A DNA stretch of 64,000 nt from Octopus sinensis. Lineage: Eukaryota. The number at the start of each line of letters is the position of its first letter. Position 1 is the stretch's first letter. The translations under genes were made by a program, and so were the position numbers. The notes under the pieces are model-generated. The model had not been told where the DNA came from. It searched no databases and saw nothing but the letters and a program-made list of their open reading frames with translations. The DNA lies in NCBI RefSeq assembly GCF_006345805.1, contig NC_043006.1, positions 72,044,001-72,108,000 on the forward strand, read 5' to 3'. Positions 1 through 11,200 of this stretch are shown in pieces.

Positions 1-77
1 CCACCTCTCTGGCTCATTCCATCTGGATGGACCTCTTCCCACGTATATGGAAGATTTTATCAGAAAAACAACAGCAG
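1..77 (+). CDS. TRRAP: TRRAP exon (partial): TSLAHSIWMDLFPRIWKILSEKQQQ
   Basis: Frame from nt 3; donor CAG|GTAAGC at 77/78; matches LFPRLWKILSDRQQ. Confidence 0.9.
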
Positions 78-3000
78 GTAAGCTTCTGCTTGTATCCTCT
101 TCATTAACAGGCTGATATTACACGGCAGATCTTGGGCTTTTATTTGCAGCATTCTCCCAGTCTGGTTACAGGTAGATCAATGTAATTAAAGTAAAAGTCA
201 TATATGATGATATATTCATATATATGTGTGTGTTAGATAAAGATAGCTATGGCTGGTCTACGGGGTTACCCTGGATTTCATGTCCATAAAGCACTTGGCT
301 TTACAGCTTCTCTTCAGACCCTAATGGTTGGTGGCCTATAACCTCTCTTCAAAGTGGAGGTTATAGGCTACCAGCCATTAGGGTCTAAAGAGATGCTATA
401 AAGCTAAGCACTTTAGGGTAGCCCCATAGAAGTTTTACAAAAAGAAGAATGGTGGAGTGATTGTGACTTTGAAGTTTTAGCCTGTGAGCCTTTATTGGAT
501 TGTCTGTCAAAGGTATTGTTGGTGCAGTGGTAGTAATGTAGTTTGTGTTGGTCGAATTATTGAGTTGGTGTCATGTGTAAAGAGGCCCTGTTACATATCT
601 GGTGTGTTATTATATCACTCTTTCACCTTCTGTAGGGATGCAGTGTATGTGCACCTATTGTTATTTGTCAGCAGTTGTCATTAGGTTCTCACCTTTGATC
701 TTCTTTCTTGCTACCCAGGTATTGGCAGGTGAACTTGCTCCATTCTCAGCCAGTGGAAGCCATGTTGTCCAGAAAGATTGCCAACCTAGTGCAATGCACA
801 CCTTCCTCGAGTCTCTGTCTTTGTGTGTGCCTCCAATTCCTATTCGCCCTGTGGTGTTGAGGGTAAGTACAATATCTCATTTAGTTTTTTTTTTTAATTT
901 GTCTGGTGAACAGAAAGCTATGTTGTCTGTCTGTGTATGCGTTTGTTTATCTTTGTCTCCGCAGAATTTTTGTATGTATATATCTATGTGTATTGAGGGT
1001 AAGTAGTTGTGTTGTCTCACTGGGTGATTGGGGCTTAGTAATAATTTTGTTTCTCTGTATATATTTTTGTCTCATCTGTCAGTGTATTCCTATCTGTGTG
1101 TGTCTGTGTACATATCTTAAGTATATTACATCTGTTTTTGTGGCAATAGAAGACATATTAGTAATTACTGTAACATTCCTGTATTTTACACACATACATA
1201 CTTTATTTTTATATGTTCTGGTATTCACCATTGACCATGTTTCCTTCTCAGTTTGCAGGGAAGATACATTAGTAATCTAGTCTTAAGATACATGACATTT
1301 TAGCTATTGACACCTCTAGCCTGAGTAATTCAATCAATAATTGTCAATAAAAGACATGATGGTCATGAATGAAATCTTTTTGGTCATAGATCTGCTGGAT
1401 CAGGACTAACCTGGGGTTAAGTAACAACTTACCAACAGATAATAAGGGTATAATAAATACCCTTGCAAGAATGTCCATCCTACTTCATGTGTCAGCAATA
1501 GCCTCTATATAATTGCTAAATCTTCTAGAAATAGTGACAAAATGCCTCACGTGAATATCTACATCTTAAATATGAAGGGATGCATTAGGTAGGGTTTGGT
1601 CACAGAAAACACTGTTCCAACATACTTTCATCTGACCCGTGAAAACATGGAAATGATGACGTTAAAAAGAGGACCCCTTCAAGCCAAGTGCACCTGTGCT
1701 GGTAGCATGTAAAAATTCAACCTTTGAACGTTGGGCTTCATGGAGGCAAAATGGCTGAGTTCCTTTTGAGCGTTGGGCCTCATGGAGGGAATGTGGCCGA
1801 GTTCCTTTCAAGTGGAAGCATTGACCAAGACCTTTGGCATTATGTTGTACTTGAGAAGAAGACCCATGAAGCTGAGCAAAATCATAGTCATGGCAGATAC
1901 TGGTGACACACAAGTTGCACATAAAAGCATCCATTACACACTTGGAGTGGTTGGCATTAGGAAGGGCATCCAGCAGTAGAAAACCATCCCAAATCAAACT
2001 GGAGCCTGGTGCTGCCTTCCAGCATGCCAGCCCAGTCAAACCGTCCAACCCATGCCAGCATGGATAACGGACTTTAAATGATGAGGATGATGATGAATGA
2101 CACTGGACAATGTAGGATCTTCATCATTATCATCATCATTTAATATCCATGTTCCATACCAGCATGGCTCATACAGTTTGATAGGATTCAATGGATCCAA
2201 GGACTGCATCATGCTCCAGTGTCTGTTTCAACATGGTTTCTATGGTTTGATGCCCTTCATAATATCAACCATTTTACAGTGTGTACTGGGTGGGTTTTTT
2301 CATACCGCTACCACTAGTGAGACCATAATTCAGTTTGCAAGGCTACAAACTCATGAAAGGGTGACTGTAAGCTAGGAAACAAAGGGCAAAAGATGGGTAA
2401 AAGTATAAGAGAAGGGGCCAGAACAGAACAGGCTTCTTGCTGTATAGGAGCTACATGACTTTAAAAAGCACCATCATGGTATGATCACAGCCAAAACACC
2501 TTTGATCACGTTTGTGCTGTCTGGCCTGACCTGGGGCTAATCAACACCAGCAGGATCATGACCTAGTTATTATTTTTATTTTTCTTCTCATTTCTATCCA
2601 ATCCCACTGACCTGACAGCTTCTGGGTAAGGGAATATTTTTATCATTGGTCTTTGATCCACCCCTGAACTTTGGAAAGTGAGAAGTGGGGTGTGATAAAT
2701 ATCCCTCAAACTTCCCTCCATTCCTCATCCTACATATTCCAAGTGAATGATTCTTGTTTTTTTTTTTTAATGTTTCATTTTTGTTTTCTTTTGTTCTTTT
2801 TCATCATTTCCTCTGAAGTATATGGGCCGAACTCATAACCTCTGGCACCGAGCCTGTCTTGTGTTGGAACAAATGGCATCGGAAAATGGTCCAACAACAA
2901 CAGCAGTTTTGAAGAATCGACCTGCTAGCGAATATGAATTTGAGACTGTCACAAATCCACACCAGGTAAACTGAGTTGTCTTGCTTCTTAATGTTCGTTA

Positions 3001-5219
3001 ACTATTGAGAGAGAGAGAGAGAGACAAACAGACAGACGCCACTGTAGAAATCCTTTCATCATTGAAATCACTGTCACCATCATAATTTCTATCATCATCA
3101 TTGTGGTGACTTCATGTGCTAGAAATAACAGCCAAATTTCCCTGAAATCACGCAGCACTGTCTTAAAAAGAAAGACATATTCATTAATGACAGTTCTAGA
3201 TACCTCTGAAATTACAGAGTATCTAGAACTACACGGGGAGAATTGGAATGTCTTCAGTCAAAGGTCTGTTGGATCAGTGTTACCTTGTAACTAAACAACA
3301 GCTACCACATCATCATCATCACCAGCACTAGCAATTTTTAGGTAAGAAAAGAGGTGCACTTGCCCATGATGTATGTAGACCCTCTTTCCAGACTAGTGTT
3401 ACCAACCTTGAATAACTGCAGGAAAAGCCCTAGTTAAGTAGGGTACCAGAGATCTGATCCAAGTGTTTGCAATAGTGATTTGTATGAAAGACATTCGAAA
3501 GACTAAGTAGTGGCATAAAATCTGGCTAACATTCAGATTAGATCTTTGGTTTCATCCTTACATCAATCCTGGATATCCTGCAAAAAAACTGTGAAGGGTT
3601 CACTTCTATATTTGATTAAACCCAATACTGGATTAAGGTATGGGGGTTGCAGCCCAGGATAGGGTCTCCAGAGATTAAGTGAAAAGTTCTTGTAGTCCAA
3701 AGGGTGACAGTGTGGAGGCGCATGGTTTAGTGGTTAGGATGTTGGACTCCTGATTGCTAGATTGTGGTTTCGATTCCTGGACCGGGTGATGCGTTGTGTT
3801 CTTGAACAAAACACCTCATTTCATGTTGCTCCAGTCCCCTCGACTGGTAAAAAGGAATAATCCTGCAATGGACCAGCATCCCATCCAGGGAGGAATATAT
3901 ATATATGGCACGTAAAAAGCACCCACTACACTCACGGAGTGGTTGGCGTTAGGAAGGGCATCCAGCTGTAGAAACACTGCCAGATAAGACTGGAGCCTGG
4001 TGCAGCCTTCTGGCTTCCCAGATTCCCGGTCGAACCGTCCAACCCATGCTAGCATGGAGAACGGACGTTAAACGATGATCATGATGATGATATATATATA
4101 TATACATCAGAGACACCAGGGAACCGGCCCTATGCTCTTGCTCCTTACAGAGTAATGTGGGTTAACCAAAGGGTACAAAATCTTAATCTGTTTCTAACTT
4201 TGAAGGTTATCAGATGGTTGTGTTTGACTAAGTGACACAGATTTAGGAGGTTGTGGTAACGTTAGTGATGTAGCTAATTTACTGCAAGGTACATTTTGTT
4301 TTGTTTTGACTAATTCTTGCCCTAAAAAATGTTGAACCCGTCTTTGATTTCAGGAGACCCTAGATGCACTCTGTGATCTTTACTCCCTACTACACGAGGA
4401 CGACATGTGGACAGGATTGTGGCAGAAACGATGCAAATATCCAGATACAGCTGTAGCCATTGCTTATGAACAACATGGATTTTTTGAACAGGCACAGCTC
4501 GTTTATGAATCAGTAAGTTTTCTTTCTTTTTCTATTTGAAAGAGAAAATTTCATGCACACATGCCTGTGTGTGTGTGTGTATACAGTTAGTTCGAGGAAG
4601 TCATATCCTCATTAGGGATTATTTAATCCAAGGTATTCCACTTGTTTAATCCATATCATATAATGCAAAAGTCGTTGGTGTATGTTCAGGATTATTGAAA
4701 TTATCAGTATTGGGGGAAAAACAAGGAGAAAATGGAGAATAAATGTATGTAATTATTAATTTATTTGTATGTTACAAATAAATTGATTAGAAGTTGAAAG
4801 CTTTTTCTTTTCTTTTTAATCTTAATTCATTTTTCTTCAGCTTTCAACTTTTAATCAATTTATTTGTACTGCCATTTAAAAAAAAAATGTCATCTTTTTG
4901 TAGCATACAGATAAATTAGTAATTACATCCAATAATCCTCCGTTTTCTTCTTGTTTTTTCCTTTGTGTGTGTGTGTGTGTAATTATAAGCATAAAAAAAG
5001 TTTGTTACTATCTGGGAGATATTTATGGTAGCGGAAAAAGTATTTTAACTGCTATTTCTAAATTTGGTGTGTGGCGAACCAATTAGCTGACCCCTGATTA
5101 TAATCATACTTATAATTATAGAATATTTGTATAATATTACCCAAAAAGGTTATTTTAACGTACCAAACTACTTGGTAAAATTATTGATTAATTAATTAAT
5201 TTTATCCTTTTATTATTAT

Positions 5220-5287
<68 letters not shown>

Positions 5288-8200
5288 ATATATATATATA
5301 TATAGTTTGACTGTCAGAAGAAAGAGTACTTGATGCCATTGAAGAGATTAATATTTTTAGCTTGGTCAAGTCAGTCTCTTGCTACTTTCAGCTCAGAGTC
5401 TTCAGGTAAGTTATTATTTCTATGCATCATCAGAGATTTCAGGTATGTATGATGAATAATCATGCACATATATGAGTTGGTAACATTGTAATGTTAATCT
5501 CTTGTTTTTTTTCTGTTGCCCAGGTGATGTCAAAGGCTCGTGCTGAGCATAATACTACTCCTGCCTCCCCTGCGGTACTCCCAGAGTATCGCTTGTGGGA
5601 AGATCATTGGATCCGTTGTGCCAAAGAGCTGAACCAATGGGATGCAATACAAGATTTCTCAAGTTCTAAAGGAAATACCAATCCCCATTTGGTATTAGAG
5701 AGTGCTTGGAGAATTCCGAACTGGACTCTTATGAAAGATGCTCTTGCACAGGTGAGGCTGTTTATAAGGATTCTTGAATGATGAGGATGAAGGTTATAAA
5801 TGAATCAGATTGTTGAAGTGAGATATGGCTGTGTGGGCAAGAAGTTCAGGGTTGTGTATGATATGTCAGATAAGTAAAACGAGAAAATGTACCTGCTTTC
5901 TATTTTGTTATTGTTTCATTTTAGGTGGAGATAAACTGTCCTAAGGAGCTTGCATGGAAGATGAATCTCTACAAAGGATACATCACCATTTGCCACCCTG
6001 ATGAACACACAGGAAATTTTATGAATACTGTAAGTTTGATGTGTTTGTTTTATTTCCTTTCATTATCGAGTGAAGAAGTGCTTGATCTTCCCCCATGTTA
6101 CTTTTGATGTTATTTTGGGGGTTTTGTCATCATTTAACATCCTTCTTTTCATACTGGCATGAGTTGGACAGTTTGACAGGAGCTGGTGACCCAGAAGACT
6201 GTGCCAAGCCACAGTGTCTGCTTAGACATGGTTTCTGTAGCTGGATGTTTTACCTAATGCCAACAAGCAAATCTGTGATATTGATCAGAATATTTGCTAA
6301 AACCCAGCTTTTATACCAAGAGATGGGCTACAACAAATACTGCTGCTGCTGCTGCTAATAATAATAATAATAATATTAAGGCAGTGTGCTGGCAGACTTG
6401 TTACAGTGCTGGACAAAATGCATAGCAACATTTCACTTGCCTTTACATTCTGAGCTTAAATCCCACCAAGGTTGACTTTTCCTTTCATCCATTTTTCAGG
6501 GTCAGTGTAATCAACTGTCCCCCCTCCCCACCAGAATTTTAGGCCTTGTGCTTATAGTAGAAAGGATTATTATTATTATTTCTATTAATTATTACCAATT
6601 TTACTACATCCTTATTGACTGACATTTCATAAATGAAAAAAAGAAATGTTCAGTTTTAATTACATTTAATAGCAATCATGTATTTGCTTGATATATGTGT
6701 GTGTGTTTTGTTCTTGTATCAACAATGTATAAGGGAGAAATTTTAAAATGAAATCCATAAGCTAAAAAATAAATTGTGTATATTTGGGTAGTTTTACTAA
6801 TTTTCAACATTGTAACACTATGCTATAGTTGGGTCCTTATCATTATAAGGTCTGCCTCTTTGTATGTTAGATTTAAAAGCTTCTTCATTGTATTGCTTCA
6901 TAATTATCTCACCTCCTTTTTTTTTTCTCTCTCTTTCACTATGTTTTTCTGACTGTTTCTCTCTCTGTCTCCTTTTCTCACTGAGTTTCTCTTTTACACC
7001 TTAACAGATTGAGAAAATGGTTGAAGTTGCCAGTAATTTGGCAATAAAGGAATGGCGGCGACTCCCTAGGATTGTTTCAAATGTTCACGTACCTCTGCTA
7101 CAGGTGAGAGACTCCAGCTGTTTTTTTTCTTTTTCAGCTGCCTTTTTCTTGTCCATGTTGGCATGGGTTGGACGGTTTGACTGGGCTGGCACACTGGAAG
7201 GCTGCACCAGACTCCAGTCTCATTTGGCATGGTTTTTTACAGCTGGATACCCTTCTTAATGCCAACCACTCTGAGAGTGTAATAGGTGTTTTTACATGCC
7301 ACCGGCACAGGTACTGTTTCCATGACACTGGGGTGCTTTTATGTGTCACTGGCATGAGTTCCAATTTGTGTGACACCAGTATCTGCCATGACTGTGATTT
7401 TGCTCAGCTTGATGGTTCTTCTTCTCAAGCATGACATAATGCCAAAGGTCTCAGTCATTGCCTCCATGAGGCCCAACACTTGGAAGGAACTCAGCCACTT
7501 TGCCTCCATGAGGCCCAACGCTCCTCACCAATCCCCATCCCTTATTTTTCTTCCCATTCTTTATTGCACCTCAGCAATGTGGTTGAGAAGACACATATCT
7601 TCAGCCCCACACTAAAGTACTTCTTAAGAACATTTTGCTAAAGTACTGCTGTCATGCCTCTATATAATGTAACAGTCTCTGTCACTAAAATATGAATTCA
7701 TAAAGCATAAATCACACCTGGTTTTTGAAGCCAAAAATGTCTTTTAACATTCAAACTGGCCTATTTGGCCTGAAAATTCTATCTGTTTTATATTCAAACC
7801 AACCAGATCCACATTCCCTTCCCACTACTTACCCTCACCTGTTTCCAAGTAAGATAAACACTTTCCTGTAACTAAACATATTTTCAGGGAAGACTGAAAG
7901 CAATTTCGCATGTATTATGATGATGATGCTCATTTACGGCCATCATCATATGGCACACGCATCATCATCATCGTTTAACGTCTGTTTTCCATGCTGGTAT
8001 GGGTTGGTTAGTTTGACTGAGGTCTGGAAAGCCAGCAGCTGCACCAGGCTCCAATCTGATCTGGCAATGTTTCTACAGCTGGATGCCCTTCCTAACGCCA
8101 ACCACTCCGAGAGTATAGTGAGTGCTTTTTAAGTGCCACTGGCAAGGGAGCCAGTCAAGTGGCACTGGCATCAACCATGTTCGGATGGTGCTTTATACGT

Positions 8201-11200
8201 GCCACCAGCATAGGGAGCCAGTCAGGTGACTCTGGCAATGACCCATACATGAATGGTGATTATTGCATACCACCAGCACTGGTATTGGCCACAACTACAA
8301 TTTCTATTTGATTGTGATTTGATTTGATTATATATATACAGGTTGCGACAGAAATAACGCCCTTTTTGCAATTAATAACTTTTAAAGTATGTTTAAGTAA
8401 TTTTTTATTGAACACAAATTTATTGCATTACTTAACCCTTTCGTTACCAACCTGGCTGAAACTGGCTCTGGCTCTGAATACAAATGTCTTGTTTTCATAA
8501 GTTTTGAATTAAAATCTTCCGTCAAACCTTAGTCACAATTTATGTTCCTAACTCTAGCTTAACGATAACTAAGTTATTTTATTAAATTCTTTGTTATATT
8601 TAAAGTAATTGAAAGAAACACAGAGCATCTCAAAATAAATACTGTAACGAAAGGGTTAAAGAAACGAATAATATACTAATGGAAAAAAATCGCAGAAGTT
8701 TTTAGGAAACTCAATCAGAAACCAGAAAACTTGAATACAAAAGGGTGTTAGTTCTGTCACACCCTGTATATATACACACATACAGACACACATATACATC
8801 CCACACACATAGACACAACGGTCTTCTTTCAGCTTCTATCCCCCAAATCCACTCAAAGCATTGGTTGGTCCAAGGCTATTGTGGAAGACACTTGCCCAAA
8901 GTGCCACCCAGTGTGACTGGACCTATCTAATAATAAATGAATTGAAAATTTAAATGATTTTACATTTACTTGTGGTTCTTTTCATTAGGCTGCCCAGCAA
9001 ATAATGGAATTACAAGAGGCTGCTCAAATTAACCAAGGTCTCCAGCCAGCCAACATCAATCGCAGCTCATCTTTACATGATCTGAAAGCTATTGTGAAAA
9101 CTTGGAGGTGAGTGGTTCTGTTTGATTATAAAATCTCTGTTCACGTTTCTGTGTACATATCTATCTGAATTCAATGAGTATCTAAGTACGTATGTAAATG
9201 TGTACATGTGTGTGTTGCTTTTTTATCTTTAAAGTGCCTGGGTGTTTGTGCCTTACTTCTAAGTAGGATCAGTTTATATTTTTGTATTTTATTTACTGTC
9301 TGTTTGTAACTAATTATGCAAACACACTCCAATACCAATTAATGTGTCTCTGTCATCTTTTTTTTATTATTGTGTTTGTTTCTTCTAACTTTGAAATGCG
9401 TATGTGATCGTTTTATTTTACATATTTACATATGTGTAGATACACACCAACACCATCTAATGTGTCTCTATTGTTGTTGTAGGAATCGTCTACCAATGAT
9501 TTCAGACAATATGTCACATTGGAGTGACATCTTTACCTGGAGGCAGCACCATTACCAGTTCATCATAACCAACCATGACACGCACACCCAGCAAGAAGTA
9601 AGAATAGTTTTCATCCTTTTCCCGCTTCACAACAAAACACCTAGTCTTTACTGACCATTAGTTTACAAATAACATAGGGCTTAATATTGAGTAACAGTAA
9701 GGGTTGAACCTGCATATAGTTGAAACACTTTTCCATGCTTTCATGGGTCAGACGGAGTTTATTGAGGCAGTTCTTTTTCTAAGACTTGATGCCCTTCCTC
9801 TTTCCAAACAAGGTGCAGGTGTGGCTGTGTGGTAAGTAGCTTGCTTACCAACGACATGGTCCCAGGTTCAGTCCCACTGCATGGCACCTTGGGCAAGTGT
9901 TTTCTGCTATAACCTCGGGCCGACCAAAGCCTTGTGAGTGGATTTAGTAGGCAGAAACTGAAAGAAGCCCGTCATATATCTGTGTGTTTGTCCCCCCCCT
10001 CCCATCGCTTGGCAACTGATGTTGGTGTGTTTACATCCCCATATCTTACCGGTTTGGCAAAAGAGACCGATAGGATAAGTACTAGGCTTACAAAGAATAT
10101 GTCCTGGAGTTGTTTGTTTGACTAAAGGTGGTACTCCAGCATGGCTGCAATCAAATGACTGAAACAAGTAAAAGAATAAAAGGTGATAACCAGGCATGTT
10201 CTGGTCATCACACCAACAATAATAATAAACGATATATTTATACTCAAAACTATATAATACAAATAACTATTCAGCTCTTATTATTATTTATGATATTTAA
10301 ATAAATCTTTACATATTATACAATAGTAAGAAAAGAATTAATATAAATATCCTGAGTCACATCCAGTTTTAAAAGCACCAATCATAGACCCCAATATTCA
10401 ATTTATTCATTACAACAATATTAATATATATATATAAAGGCAATGAACTGGCAGAAACGTTAGCACGCTGGGCAAAATGCTTAGTGGTATTTCGTCTCAC
10501 TTTATGTTCTGAGTTCAAATTCCACCAAGGTCGATTTTGCCTTTCATCCTTTTGGAGTGGATAAATTAAGTACCAGTTGCGTACTGGAGTTGATCTAATT
10601 GACTGCCCCCTCCCTCAAAATTTTGGGCCTTGTGCCTAGAGTAGAAAAGAATATTAATATATATATAACCTGTAAATATTATTTTAAAAGCAATACAATC
10701 TATGCACATAAAAATTATATTTTCAAAAATTTTTTTTCTCATGACAGGACATGTTCTTGCAGAATATTGGGAACAAATGACACTGCTTATATGACAGTGG
10801 CAATCATTTTACAACTATCATGCGATATCAACACAAATAGACAAACACACACACACATGATGAGCTTTTTTTCAGTTTCCATCTACCAAATTCATTCACT
10901 GGGCTTTTGTCGGCATGGGTTTATAGTAGAAAACACAACACTTGTCTAAGTTGATATACAGTAGGACTGAACCCAGAACTATGTGGTTATTACACAAACT
11001 TCTCAATCACACAGCCACACCTATGTGGCTGCACCTGTCCCTAATATTCTGCATTAAAAAAAAATGATACAAATAGTTTAAGCAGTGAAATATATTTTAT
11101 ATTGTGAGGAATGTCCAAGCAAGCTTGACCAGATGTTGGTGATTGTGAGGGAGACAAGTCTAAAGTTATAGATGCTTTTACTGCGGCATCCTAAGTTTGT

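Noticed and set aside
3715-3790. tRNA-like sequences (also ~9813, 38285, 45905, 53385, 55370-55445)
   Set aside because: A/B boxes run into SINE bodies; no complete cloverleaf or acceptor stem, so these are SINE heads, not tRNA genes.
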